NCBI RefSeq assembly: GCF_009914755.1
Contig: NC_060933.1
DNA from: the human T2T-CHM13v2.0 reference genome, Homo sapiens
Reading direction: 5' to 3' (one strand)
Length of the DNA stretch: 64,000 nucleotides
Positions 17,412-35,091 of this stretch are shown here, in pieces. Numbering within the stretch: the first letter of the stretch is position 1; every line of letters begins with the position of its first letter. Position numbers and translations under genes: made by a program. The notes below the pieces were generated by a model that had not been told where the DNA came from, did not search any database, and saw only the letters and a program-made list of their open reading frames with translations.

Positions 17412-18549
17412 CTATCAAGTCATATTTTTTAAATGTTGACACTGATAGGTGGCATATATAGTGAGGTAAGAATTGTATGAGTTTCTGAGCATTTGTTTTA
17501 GTAAGCATTCTAAAATTAAGCTCAGAATTTTTGTAACATATAAAGCTGAATAGACTGCAAAAAGCCTTTATGAAGACTGCCTGAACTTCTGACCACTTAC
17601 TTAGCGAACAACATAACCTTCAAAGCATTTGCAAAGTCAATCAAACATTTTAAAGTTTTAGCAGTTTTATAAGTATAAAACTGCTTTATCTGTGGATAAA
17701 AAAAAAATCTATAGTTGATGCCAATGAAATGTCACAAATGAGGTCAAATAAACTAGGAAACCACCCGAAACTCCACTATGTAAGGCAAGAGAACATTGAA
17801 GGAAGAAAATGAATTGGAACTGAGAAAAATAATAGTAAAACTCTATAGGATTAATAAATTATCAGCATTGTTTGTACTATAAATGTTCAGCAAATTGCAA
17901 TCAACCCTGGAGGAGTTTGTTGTAGAAAACGTGTCTTAACTCTGAACCCTATATTCACATGTGGCATGTACTTCTCTTTTCACTGGACACAAATATGGCT
18001 TTTATAATCAGAAGAAGGTAACTTCCTACACAGTTGACATTTCCAAGCATCATTTATAATTCACAGGGACAGATTTTAGATTGAATCAGTATGTATTATC
18101 TCAAATCTGCATTACCTAGTCGAAGTTCTGTCATGGGACTCATTAAGGGATATAACTGAGAACAAGATTTTGAATTGTGTCTACAAGTAAATGAATAAAA
18201 TGTTAATATTTCATTAATGACTGCTAAGTTCTCATGGGTTCTATTGTACTCACTATAAAATGTATAGTGTTTGCCAAAATATATGATCTTATTCTTTGAA
18301 TAGTTTATTTTACAGATATAGAATCTGAGGCTTAAAGGAAAATTGGCAAAATTGGAACTAGCACCTATGCCTTCTCTTTGTAAACCAAGTAGTGTGTTAT
18401 TCATCAAACTATGCCAATATCCGGAAAATCAGGGCTCCACCCTGCCTGTTTCTAGAAGCACCCTTCCACTTCTATCCGGAATGGATCTTCAGTCCCTACA
18501 TTCATGATGGCTGTGTCTGGTGCTTGCTAAAGTGTCTGTTCTGATTGAT

Positions 18550-18848
<299 letters not shown>

Positions 18849-20519
18849 TGACTGATTCTTAATAATTTGAATATCACCCTTGATCAATACAAACGTATTC
18901 AGTACCAGATTTTCAAGATTGCTAAAGGTAGTCACGGGGATTAAATCCATTCTGAAGATTGATGGCATAATATGAACATTAGTCAAGTGACTTACTGACA
19001 TGTGCTTAATGAAAGCTATAACTGTTGAATAACTGAATAAACATTGGACATTAGCCATTGTTTGGACTTAGTATAGAGTAATTTTTTATGGGAAAGACAA
19101 TGTGATAGCAGGATGTAGACAACTTAATCCCCAGAATAAAAGATAGCTATCTTAATCTGATGGTATATGTAGGCCTGCAATTATATTTTAATAGTATGCT
19201 TTATTCAGTTTAGATAGCTATAAATATCTTTCCTTGTCTCTACACAGTTTGTCTAATCAGATTTCAGTGACTGCATACTATGCTAATGGATATAGATTTG
19301 ATTTTAACTATGACATTACCACTTTAAGATTAAATGTAATGGTAATAATGCTTTTGGTAAACTCACGTTTGAGTTTATATGATACAAGCCATTAAAATAT
19401 TACTTTTTTTTTCAATGAGTTATTATTTTGATGATTTAGGCTCCTGAAAGTCTTGTAATTCTAAGGTGTGAACTAACTTAATTTATCTTGGAAAATGTGA
19501 AAATGTTCCTTGAAGCTACAAATTACTTTCACAATAAATACCAAATGATTTTGATTTGCTTAACATAAAATTTAAATCAATATGTTACATGCTTTTGTAG
19601 GGAATATGTCTGTCTATACATTATTTCTGTGGACAATAAGGAAAAGATTCCAACTTTGGAAAACTAGAATATAATGAGTTTGGAATAAAAAAGTAAAGCC
19701 CTATTCACGGCCATTGTGTTATTATGTATGATATAATTTTCACAATCAAAAAATACCATTTGGATATTCATGCTATCATGGTTGTTTGGTACTTTGACTG
19801 CTGCCGCTGTTTCAGCTCAGACAAGAGTGTGATTTCATCCTGAGGTCAAATCCCATGCAAGCACGATTTATCGAAGCAAAATTTCATCTCACAAAAGCGT
19901 AATGCATTCTGCCAAACCTGTTCATGCCAATGCAGGTCATTTAATATATAATTGGCTGCAGCTGGCACTCACACAAGCTGTGACATTTTCTATCAGCAAC
20001 AGGGTAGTATTTGGAATGCCAAAGAAACAATTACATGCTGCAGATGAGAGCCTGAAGTGGAAAAAGAGGAAATGCAGTATTAAAGAAACCAGCCCTTTTC
20101 CATTTCAAAGAGGTAGTGAGGAAGCTACAGTACCTGTCATTCTACTTTCTTCTATAAAATGTGAGAAGTGAAGAAAAGAGAAAATATTGACTTGGGAAAT
20201 AAAGGATGAAATCATTTGGGGTCTTCTGTTTAGAGAAGGCAAATAAAATAAAGAGAGTATTAATTAAAAGGACCCAGAGACCACTTAATATTAAGGAAAA
20301 ATGGCATTGACTCATAAAATGTCCTTCCGTTGGTAAATAAAGGAGAGAGAAAAAAACTGAAAGATGAATGGAGGAAAAAGGAATGAAAGAAATAAAGTAA
20401 GAGAGGAAGTAATCCTTATAAAAAGAAAATAGACCAGGAGAATTTGGGAAAATAGAAACCTAAATAAAAAACTGTAGCATCAGTAGATTACTTTAAATGC
20501 TTGTTTTCTCTAGTAGTTA

Positions 20520-21770
20520 AATGTAAAATAATATAACAAGGATACAAAATTTTGGGGTCACCCATTAGCAAAGATTAAAAAGAAATTTAATATCCAGTTT
20601 GGGCAAGTATGTGGAAAAACAGTCTTGTACACTGCTAGTGGAAATATAAATAAATAAACTGTGTGTGGAACTAATGGGTAAAACTTTATTAAAATATTCA
20701 TACCCATTGACTCAACAATTCCCCTTGGCTGTGCATGGCAGCTCACGCCTGTAATCCCAGTACTTTGGGAGGCTGAGGGAGGAGGATTGTTTGAGCCCAG
20801 GAGTTTGAGACCAGCCTGGGCAACATAGGGAGATCTGCCTCTCCAAAAATTAAAAAATTAAAAAATAGGTGGTTGCAGTGGCACATGCCTGTGGTCCTAG
20901 TTACTTGGGAGGCTGAGGTGGATTGCAACAGAGCAAGACCCTGTCTAAAAAACAAAGAAACAAACAAAACAAAATAAAACAAAAATCCTTACAGGAGAGA
21001 CACATATAAGTATGAAAATATATGTATACAAGGATATTCTCTGCAGAATGGTTTATGGTCAAGAAAAATTGAAAAACAACCAAAATAAGCATATGACATT
21101 TAAGTTCATCCATACAGTGAAATGCTATACATAAGCTAGAAATAATTAATAAAATCATATGTTAATAGAATGTCCAATATATATTAAGTGAAAGTGCCTA
21201 CAGTAGTAGTAGTAATACTAATAATGAGCATAATAAAAAGTTAATATTGTATGATTCCAACTATATGACATTCTGGAAATGGCAAAACTATGAAGACAGT
21301 AAAACAATAAATCAGTGGTTGCCAGAGGTTAGGGGAAAGGGAGAGGTGAATAGGCAGAGAACAGAGGATTTTTAGGGCAATGAAATTATCCACTATGGAT
21401 ACTTGGATACAAGTACATTCTACATTGTATCTTGATATATCTAGAAGATATAAGATACAATGCATCTTGTATCTGCATTGTATCCTGTATCTCAGTGTAC
21501 AGAGCTGGATCTGCAATGGTGGATACTTGTCATTATACACTTGTTAAAACCCATAGAACCTACGACATCAAGAATGAACCCTAATGTGTATATGGATTTG
21601 GGGTGAGAAGGATATATCAATGTAGAATCATGGACTGTAACAATGTACCACTCTGGTGGGGGATGTTGATAGTGGGGAAGGCTGTAGGGGAAGGAACATG
21701 GGAACTCTCTGTACTTTCCACTCAATTTTGCTGTGAACCTAAAACTGATCTAAAAAAATAAGGTTTACTG
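20520..21770 (+). mobile_element. Old L1M 3'-end fragments with nested Alu (~20727-20980)
   Basis: atattgtatgattccaactatatgacattctggaaa...tcagtggttgccagagg...caattttgctgtgaacctaaaact (L1MC-like 3' UTR). Confidence 0.75.
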
Positions 21771-21781
21771 AAAATTTTTAA

Positions 21782-22066
<285 letters not shown>

Positions 22067-22495
22067 TAATCCGTTTATAGCATTATCTCATTTAATTCTC
22101 ACAAGAATTTTATTACATAGGTAGTATTTTTATCTGCAGATGAGGAAATCTGAGACTTACAGAGGTTAAATAAACTGCCCAAAGATGCTCATAAGAGACA
22201 GAGCTGTGTCTGAAAAGCAGATGCTCCTGGCTCCCACATCCAGGCTTTCCACATGGGGCATGGGACTTACTGGGCTCCCAAGACCAGGTCTTGTGTAGAT
22301 TCTCAAAGTCCAGATTCCCAAAGTATAAACAATCCAGTTTTAGAAGAATTATCTTACTAAATGCATAGGAAAAAATACAGAGTGTTGGCCAAACTGTTAA
22401 CATCCTTTATTAAGGAGAAACTGTTGGATTGTATTACATTCTGTTCATTTCTGCAAGGTTTGTAATTTTTTATAACAGCACTTACTTCTCTATAA

Positions 22496-23208
<713 letters not shown>

Positions 23209-23269
23209 TCAATGTTCTAAGAACTTCTGAATGCAAAGATTCCCAAATGCCAGTCCATGAACGTGTGGT

Positions 23270-23413
23270 ATATTTTATTGCACACACCTATTCCTTGGCC
23301 CCAAATGCCCCATCCTACTCAGTTCAGTACATTTAGAATGGAGCTCAAGAATTTACATTTTTAAAAAGCTTCCCAGGTGATTCTGATACTCAATCAGGTT
23401 TGGGAATCACTGT
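23270..23413. mobile_element. MER5-like DNA transposon fragment
   Basis: aatttacatttttaaaaagcttcccaggtgattctgat...tttgggaatcactg. Confidence 0.65.
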
Positions 23414-24018
23414 CTAAGGGAATGTGATTTATGTGGATCAAAAGAAGAAAGAGAGAGATTGCACCATATGGTATGTTAACTCTTTAATTTCATTTTAAAG
23501 GTAGTGTCAGAGAAAGAGTTTCTATATCATCAGTATACGTAATATTACTGAAAACATGCCTACAACTTTGTTCATGTGAAATATGGCAATAATTTATATT
23601 TACCTTGGAATGGAGGGAGGAAGGGTGTTTGTAAGGTTGTATAACTGAGTAATTAAAACATTCTGGCATTGGTGCAGAGATAGATATCTAGACTGACAGA
23701 TCATAGTAAAGAGCACAGAAACAGATCCAAGCATAGGTGAAACTTTGGTTTATCCTAGGGTTGGCCATAGATCAATGGGCAGGATGGCATTGTGCAATGG
23801 GCTACCTATATTGAGGGGGAAATAAGATGAACAGTTAGCAGAGTGCCTGATACTTATTGGGCATTCAGATTTTTGGTTTAAGAGAGCAACTGCTTAAAAA
23901 AAACAGTCCCTTGAGTTCTACTTTTCTAACTTTCTACGGTCAGGTGCCTTCATTAACTGGGCCTTCTCTTCCTCTTCCTCCTCCTTCACCTTTCGTTAAA
24001 TGTTTGTGTTTGCCTTGA

Positions 24019-24323
<305 letters not shown>

Positions 24324-25504
24324 TGCCTTGATTCTTTTCTTGGTTGTCTTCCATTTTCTTCACACTCTACCTGCTCTCCTGGGTGATCTTATCCATTCTC
24401 ATGACTGACCACCAAAGACAAAAAGAAACCCTAAGTCTTTTCTTTCTAGTGGAGGATTTTGTCCCAAATTCTGAATTCATATTTCCAAAGCTGAAGGTAT
24501 CTGAAAGGCATCTTACATTTATTATCTTCTCTCAATGCTTTTTCTACTGTAATTACAATGCAAGTTAATGAAATCACTATCCAACCAGTTTTCCAAGGTA
24601 GAAACATGTAAGATCAACTTAACTTGGTCTTCTCCATGTCAACCGACCACCAAGTCCTATAATTTATACCTCAAAAATATCTCTTAACAACTCTCCATCC
24701 CTGTTACCCCTGCCTTAGCTCAAGTTCTCACCATTCTTCCCTCTACAATTGCAGGTCTCCAATCTGGTCTCCCTCCTTTCCATCTCTGGAAGGATGGAAA
24801 ATACATTTCACAATCTTCCAATGTAGAATGATGTGCTTAAAATCAAATTAGTAAAAAAAGAAAAAAATCAAGTCATGTCTGCCACTCCCCTTCTTAAAGG
24901 GCTGGTGGATTATGAAAGCCTACACAATAAAGTCCAGATTTCTTATTTGGCAAATGATGATAATAATAGCAATAGCATACAAATGCCTATTTCACATATG
25001 AGCAAACTGAGGACCAAAAAGGTTAAATATCTTTCCAAAGGTGAAGCTGGGATTTGAACCTAGACTAAATCCAAATGAAGACCATACTCAATTCAAATGT
25101 CACTTCCCTGACCTAATGTAGGTGTTTACAGATTTTTCCCTCCAGATAAGCTGTGAACTCCCCAAGGACAGGAATGGCGTCTTATTCATCTTTGTGTCTC
25201 AAGTGTCTAGAGTGTGTGACACAGAAAGGGTGCTTAGTATATGCTTGTTTTCATAAAGTGGATGAAGGAACAGAGAAAGGAAAGGAGTCAACGAAATGAG
25301 TGAGGTTGTTTTAAGAACATGATGCTTTTAAAAAATACTTGAAGAATTGTTGTGTAGAAAGGCTTTATTTTCCTTAGAGTAGGGACGCTTCACCTGAACT
25401 CCATGAATGAGTTTAGGGAATGCATCTTTCTAGGATGAGAGTACATACTTTCACAAGTCTCACAAAGCTGTCCGTGATCCAAAATAAAAATGTGTAGAAA
25501 CCTT

Positions 25505-26378
25505 GGCTGGTTGTGGTGACTCATGCCTGGAATCCCAGCACTTTGGGAAGTCAAGGTGAGAGGACTGCTTAGGCCCAGGAGTTTGAGACCAGCCTGGGTG
25601 ATACAGGGAGACACTGTCTTTCCAAAAACAAACAAACAAACAAACAGCAAAAAACCCACACACAAAAAAACACAAATAACAAAAAACTTAAAAATTAGCT
25701 GGGCATGGTGGTGTACACCTGTACCCCCAGCTACTCGAGAGGCTGAGGTGAGAAGATCACCTGAGCCCATGAGATTGAGGTAGCAGTGAGCCATGATTAC
25801 ATCATTGCACTCCAGCCTGGGCAACAGAGCAATACCCTGTCTCAAAAAAATACAATAATAAAATAAAATAAAATCTTTACAACAAAATATTGAAAGCTCT
25901 GAATTGGTGGATGCATTCAAGCAGAGGCCAGAAAAACATACTCAGAGATACAAAGGAAGGAATTTCCACAGAATTTAGAAGGGCTGAAGACTAGGCTAAA
26001 ATAATATCCACATTCCATCAATCTCTGTCAGTCTGTAATTCTAAGATGCAATCCATAACAAATTTGTCTTTTCTCCTTCTTCTTCTTCTTTTTTTTTTTG
26101 AAATGGAGTTTCGCTCTGTCACCAAGCTGGAGTGCGGTGGCGCGATCTTGGCTCACTCCAACCTCTGCCTCCCGGGTTCAAGCAATTCTGCTGCCTCAGC
26201 CTCCTGAGTAGCTGGGACTACAGGTGCCCGCCACCACGCCTAGCTAATTTTTGTATTTTTAGTAGAGACGGGGTTTTACCATGTTAGCCAGGGTGGTCTC
26301 AATCTCTTGACCTCGTGATCCGCCCACCTTAGCCTCCCAAAGTGCTGGGATTACAGGCGTGAGCCACTGCGCCTGGCC
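25505..26378. mobile_element. Sense AluJ (~25505-25870) and antisense AluS (~26075-26378)
   Basis: Alu dimers in opposite orientation. Confidence 0.9.
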
Positions 26379-27409
26379 TTTTTTTTTTTTTTAATCTTTA
26401 CAAAGAGTTTGATCCTTTCAGAAGTATCAGGGCATCGCATCTTTCTCAGTCTGTTTCCTTTACCTTTCCAGGTACTAACCACTAACAATCATCTGTAGGT
26501 TTCTTTGCATTTCTTAGCAAACAACTCACATGTAAATTCTGTTGACATCTACAGGCACTGGCAATTCCTGCTTCTCACATCAGCTCTCCTCCTTACCTGT
26601 TGTGTAGCCTGACTGTTCATTTATCACTTTTCTTGCTTCCTAGGTTATCTAGATTTTAGTTTACATTGAACAAAACTTTGAAGCATGAAGTACAGAAATA
26701 ATTGTTCTGTAGACTTAATTGCCTCTAATAAATTGACCCTTTATTGGGTCCATTTTCCTTTTCCCCTCAAAGACATTTAGTTATTCCATAATTGCTGTTG
26801 ACATAACAAAAACTTTCAAAAATATTTATATTGCTACTCTCCAAAAGATAGTAATAAAACAAGAGTTCACTTTCATGATATGTAGAAGTTCTTCCTAGTA
26901 ACTTTTCCCCATATATATTTCATTATTTGCATCTCCAAGTGATTAAAAGGATGCAGTACATTTTAAAGGATAGATTTGGACAAATGTGGACGTTATTCAG
27001 AAAATAATAATATAACTGTTTATCATTTTGTGCACATCCTCAAGTTATTGTACCTTTACTTAGAAATATAACAAATATTTGTAGTTTTTTATTAAGAACA
27101 GCCATTGGAATCAAGATTAACTAAATAATTTTTGTTTGGTAATATATACTAAATTTTATGTTTTGTTACTAAGGAACAGTTTAAGACTTTTGCCCCATTT
27201 CACATATTCAGACTTTCATGATCACCCTTTCAAAATGATAAGTCAGGTCTAAAATGGATTAACCTTCCTGTTTCTCAGTGTGAGAAGTAATGAGTGAGGC
27301 AAATGTAAATTACTTTTATTGTTTTTATTGGCACAAGTCAAAGAAAATGCATCAAAAAGAACATCAACTCTGAAGTTAAGTAAGTTGGTTTCCTATTTCA
27401 GCCAATACT

Positions 27410-27443
27410 TGCTGCCATCTGCTGGCCTAAACGGAAAGCTGCA
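27410..27443 (-). promoter_or_regulatory. Predicted CTCF site with upstream module
   Basis: Minus strand reads TGCAGctttccgtttaGGCCAGCAGATGGCAGCA; core matches CCASYAGRKGGCRS. Confidence 0.7.
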
Positions 27444-27806
27444 AGGAATGGACAGCTGTGTACAGGCAGTTGGATCAGGTTTGTGCCAGAGCATTTACAT
27501 AGGGCAGGGAGGAGTTAATTACCCAGAATTGTCCTTTTAGAAATACTGTCCACCCCAGCTTCAGAGCCAGCACTTTCTGACTGGCAAAGAGAAGAAGAGG
27601 GTAGATGGTTGATGGCTATCTGTCCCCAGAGTAATAAGTATTTGCCGTGGTCTAAGAGTCTGGTGATGGGCACCTTTATTTCAAGCTCCACCTTCCTTAC
27701 GCTGGATTGCAAAGCAATAGAGTGCGTTTCTTATTGTGTGGCATAACATTTCCTAAAATGTTGTCTCAAGGAAAACTCTCTCTCCTTGGTCAGTGGTTGA
27801 AGGTTA

Positions 27807-28215
<409 letters not shown>

Positions 28216-28582
28216 TCAGATATGCTTCTTACAGTTTGACCAAAGATTTGAAGGGTTCATGCTGATACATGGAAGAGGAGCATTCTCAGCAGATGGAACA
28301 GATAGTACAAAAGCCCTGTAGTGGAAGGACTGGCGCATGTTCAAAGGATAGCTGTAGGATAGTGTGGCTGAAGCAGAGTGAGCCAATGTAGAGCAGGTCA
28401 TTGCTTCTCTTGGAAAATGGGAACATCAGAACACAGTGGGCTCCATTCCCACATTGCTGGGGCAGAATATGGCTGAGCCTATTAGGTGAGACATGAGCTT
28501 CCCTGCTCAGCGCCGTTCCCATCACTTCCTGTTATCTCCCCACACAAAGCCAGAGGGTCAGTTGTCATTAACCATCTTTGCC

Positions 28583-28739
28583 ATATATATATGTGTGTGT
28601 GTGTGTGCGTGTATATATGTATATGTATATATATGCATATATATACATATATATGCATATATATGCATATATATACATATATATGCATATATATGTAGAG
28701 AAAACTCTATATACACATATATACACACACATATTTGTG

Positions 28740-28773
<34 letters not shown>

Positions 28774-28778
28774 TATGT
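28583..28778. repeat. Compound TA/TG/CA microsatellite with atatatgcat units
   Basis: Directly visible. Confidence 0.93.
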
Positions 28779-28859
28779 AGAGACTTTTCTTTTAACCTAT
28801 GTGAGACAGAGCCTGCTCTGGCACACCCCTCTTTTCTTTTTAGTGACTGACATATCTTT

Positions 28860-29347
28860 TATCAGGGGATGGCATGGACCCAGTTAAAACTTATATTTTC
28901 CTTTATCCCTTGTAGATAGTAATGACCAACGACATATATGTGGAAGTTTATGGGCAGGACATCAGGAAAGATTCTTTTAAAATGGCTGACTCAGCTGCAA
29001 GCATTCTTTTTTTCCCCCTTCCTTCCATTACTTCCTAAATAAAGAGCAGACATGATAGCAGGGGCTTTAGTAGCTATTTTGGATCCTACACTGACCTAAG
29101 GATGGAGGTCAAGGGCTCAACATGGTGAAGAAGATAGAACAAACCCAAATCTCTGATAACCATGGAGCTAATATACCAGCTCTGGACTGTCTCCAATAGA
29201 ACTCCTTCTTCTTTTCTTCCTCCTCCTCCTCCTCCTTCTCCTCCTTCTTTCTTCTTCTTTGAGAGGGAAAAAAATCAATCCTTATCTTATTTAAGCCATA
29301 TATTTGGGTTTTCTGTTAAAAACAGCTAAATTCAATCTTGCCTGATA
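28860..29347 (+). mobile_element. Old MLT1-type LTR
   Basis: 3' end ttatttaagcca...ttgggttttctgtta...cagctaa. Confidence 0.55.
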
Positions 29348-29411
29348 AATCACAACTTTAACAAGACTGGGACAAAGAGAGGCAGACTGGGAAGCCTGTG
29401 TCTTCTTATAA

Positions 29412-29757
<346 letters not shown>

Positions 29758-30432
29758 TAAAACATAGTTTCTGGATCAATTTGCTTATTAGTCTCCCTGT
29801 CTCCAGCCTCGTCTCCATACAACCTGTTATCGTTCCTTTCTTCTGGGTGATTTTTCTAAAATTTAAGTCTAATTACTTAGGGACCCCAGGCCTGATAAAA
29901 CACCATGTCTAGAATTTTCTTCCTCGCTCTCTTTGCCTGGGTAACAGCTAATGTATTGTCTGGGATTGGTTTATGTCACCTCCTCCAGGAAGTCCTTCCT
30001 GACACAACAAGTGTGAGTTGGTTCATCTTCCCTTTTACTCCCTTTGCTCTCTCTATTCCTCCACATGTCATGCAACATTAGGGATGATCATTGCTTGATT
30101 AGATGACATTTCTCAGTAAATTGTAGGCTTCACGAGAGCTATGCTGTTCACCATTTATTCTCAGAGCCCGGCACATCGTAGGTGCTCTATAAGTATTTTT
30201 TGAATGAACGGATGATAGATGGGTGGATGAATTCAAGAGCCTAATTAGCTCTTCATATGGAAGTAGCCGGGCTTACGTGGAGATAATCAGGTTATGAAAG
30301 AATCTAGATAACCACAGAAACAGAGGAGGAGGAAGATCAAGGATAAGGTACCTCTAATTAGGAAACCTTTTCACTTCTGAAGATTCTTTTAGGAAAACTG
30401 GTAAGTAGAAAGAGAGATTGAAGATTGAGGAG

Positions 30433-30797
<365 letters not shown>

Positions 30798-31239
30798 TCA
30801 CTTCACTGACTGTTCTAAACACTCAAACATTAAATAAGAACCAACTAACAGTAGAAATAAGATAGGAAAATCCAACAATGCAAGCAACATACCAGATTCA
30901 GCAGTGTGGATGGGGTCGGATGCAGAACAAAGAACAGGAGACATACAATGTAGTTCTATTTGCATTAGCCTAATGTTCTTCTTTGCAGGTTAAAGTCTCA
31001 TTCATTCATTTATACCATAATGAACTGTCTACAATGTACCAAGGACTTGCTTTGAGGAAAAGTGAAAAGGTTTTTTTAAATTACAGTTTCAAATACAAGG
31101 GAGGCAATATGTTACATTTCCCTAAGATTCATCATAGAGCCTATTAATTCAGTTTTTGAATGAATCTACTGAATTTTTATATGTTGAAAAGCACAAAATT
31201 TCTGGTATTTACTAGTGCAAATAAAAAATAAGCCATTAA

Positions 31240-31937
<698 letters not shown>

Positions 31938-32458
31938 GGCCATTAAAACCAAAACAGTCTAAATTACCCTTTTACATACAAAGAAACCCAAGATAGTTGG
32001 TAATTTTACAAAACGGCTCAGAAAGGTAATTTCTCCACTTTAGTTACCTATATATTTCAGATGCTATTTCCACAGGATGATATTAAGTTCCTGATTATTC
32101 ACCTATATTGTAAGAACTTCCTAGTTCACCACAACTCTGTGATACTAATTCTTTTAAAATTAGGTATGTCCGTTTTCTGATTAGCAGGGTTTACTACACA
32201 ATTAACAGAAGGGGCGTGAAAATCAGCTTAATAAAATTCTCCTTCATGACTGATTTTTGCACCTTTGGGACAGGTGGTCTTAGGTCAGTTGCCTTGGAAA
32301 ACAGTTTGGGATGGAGATTTGCATACAGGAAATTTGCAGGGAGTGCTCTTGGGAATAACCCCTGTAGGGGAATGAGGGAAACAGGGCTGGGCAGAGGGAG
32401 AATTCAAGTGGCAGAGAAGTTGCAACAGAGGCCTCAGCTGAGCCTAAGAAAATTTCTG

Positions 32459-33144
32459 ACTTTTAAAAAGTCAGGAAACAACAGGTGCTGGAGAGGATGT
32501 GGAGAAATAGGAACGCTTTTACACTGTTGTGGGAGTGTAAACTAGTTCAACCATTGTGGAAGACAGTGTGGTGATTCCTCAAGGATCTAGAACTAAAAAT
32601 ACCATTTGACCCAGCCATCCCATTACTGGGTATATACCCAAAGGATTATAAATCATGCTGCTATAAAGACACATGCACACGTATGTTTATTGCGGCACTA
32701 TTCACAATAGCAAACACTTGGAACCAACCCAAATGTCCATCAATGATAGACTGGATTAAGAAAATGTGGCCCATATACACCATGGAATACTATGCAGCCA
32801 TAAAAAAGGATGAGTTCGTGTCCTTTGTAGGGACATGGATGAATCTGGAAACCATCATTCTGAGCAAACTATCGCAAGGACGAAAAACCAAACACTGCAT
32901 GTTCTCACCCATAGGTGGGAATTGAACAATGAGAACACTTGGACACAGGGCAGGGAACATCACACACAAGGGCCTGTCGGGGGGTAGGGGACTGGGGAAG
33001 GGATAACATTAGGAGAGATACCTAATGTAAATGATGAGTTGATGGGTGCAGCAAACCAACATGGCACATGTATACATATGTAACAAACCTGCACATCGTG
33101 CACATGTACCCTAGAACTTTAAGTATAATAAAAAGAAAAAAAAG
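32459..33144 (+). mobile_element. 5'-truncated L1PA 3' end (ORF2 C-terminus, 3'UTR, poly-A), apparently inserted in an older ERVL-type LTR
   Basis: ORF 32683-32925 MFIAALFTIA..WNQPKCPSMIDWIKKMW..IGGN is the L1 ORF2 end; 12-bp TSD agaaaatttctg (32447-32458, 33145-33156). Confidence 0.95.
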
Positions 33145-34778
33145 AGAAAATTTCTGGAGTTGGGACAGCCTTTCAAAAGTTGTCCTATATCTAGACAAAG
33201 GAGCCTAGTCCTCTACCCCTTCATTAACCAGTCATTAGATGTGGGCTGCTCCTGGGGAGGGGGCATTTGGCTTGGGGGAGTCAACTCTTTTCTGCCCAGG
33301 GCAACAGAGAGGAACTCAGTTGTAAACCACCAGCAGCTTTCAGAAGCTGGGGAAGGCGAGGGGAGGGCGGTGAGTTTTGGTCCTGAAAGGAAGCTGGATA
33401 GGGCCCTACAGACTCCTCCTCCTCCTCCTGCTTATACCCTAGCTATATACATATAAAGTTACAATTAATGTATTTAAACTTTTACATATTGCTCTTATTA
33501 TAGCTACTTTCATATCTCAATGAGTCAGAACTAAAAATATTCCTGGCTCTTTGTTGTGTGTTCTTGGATCAAAGACAGAACAGATTTACACCATTACCAG
33601 GATTAGTGTCTGTGAACAATCAAACTAAGTAATAAGTTCAATGTGTTCTGTCCCTTTAGGTGAAAGGAGTAATAACTACAGGAGTGAGTAAACAAAGATC
33701 ATTCCAAGTATTATATTTGGCTGGGCAGGTGTTACAGGCAGACAGATGCCAGTAATATTCAGTAACTAGGGAAAAGGAAGCAGGTCTTTTCTTTCAAGGC
33801 AGGTGCCTCCCTATTGCCTCCTGCAGTTCCCATAAGACCTTCCTGATCCTTAACATGTCTCTCACCTCCTATCAGTGATGACTGGCACAGAGCTGCCCTG
33901 GCATTCCTTGCAGTGGCTCTCAGCTGCTCTGCCATCCTGCTGCCCTCATGATTCTGGTATCGAGATAAAAATTGCTATGGACTTTCATTAGTTTTGAGGC
34001 CAGAGTTAACAGAAGTAGCTTGTTTTTTTAACCAAGGTAAGCTTGTCCACCATATGGATGTTAACTACAGATCCATGTTATTTCATTGACTTAAAACAAT
34101 GGCATTTGAATATATCCATATTTTCTGCTGGTCCCACCCAATGCTCTTTCTGTGCCTGAGTAGACTTGTCTAATGTCTTCTGTAAAGCTGAAAATAAACC
34201 TTTAAAGTAGCTCACTTGGGAAAATAGAAATGTAGAGGTCGATAGGAAATTATGGTTGCACTTGTGATTACTCAGTGTCTTAAATAATATTGAAAAGGGA
34301 AATTTCAAAATTATCCATGTATTAAACCATATGTATCCAAACTAAACACGTACTACTTAATTCTTTAAAAGGATTGGGCTCTAGTAAGACAAAAATAAAC
34401 CCAGCTAAATCATTTCTTTATATCAACTGGGTATAAACACTTTCTCAGATTTGCATGGTGTTGACTGAAATTCTTGTGGAAAAAAATGTCCAGATTGGTG
34501 GAGATGTATTAAAATCATCATAATTCTGACAGCATGTTTTATCCTTATTGGTTCCCTTATGTATTAATAAACATATAGAACTGGATGAAAGAGATGTGTG
34601 CAACGATTATTGATTTTATAATAAGTCAATTGCATATCTCACCTGACTAATCAAAGTCAGGATATTGCACCTCATAGAATTGAATGAAAATGCTCCCTGA
34701 GAGCAGGCACTTTGACTTGTGTCCTCAGCCCCTAGAACAGTTTCTGGCACATAGTAGTAAATAGAAATAATTATTTAT

Positions 34779-35091
<313 letters not shown>

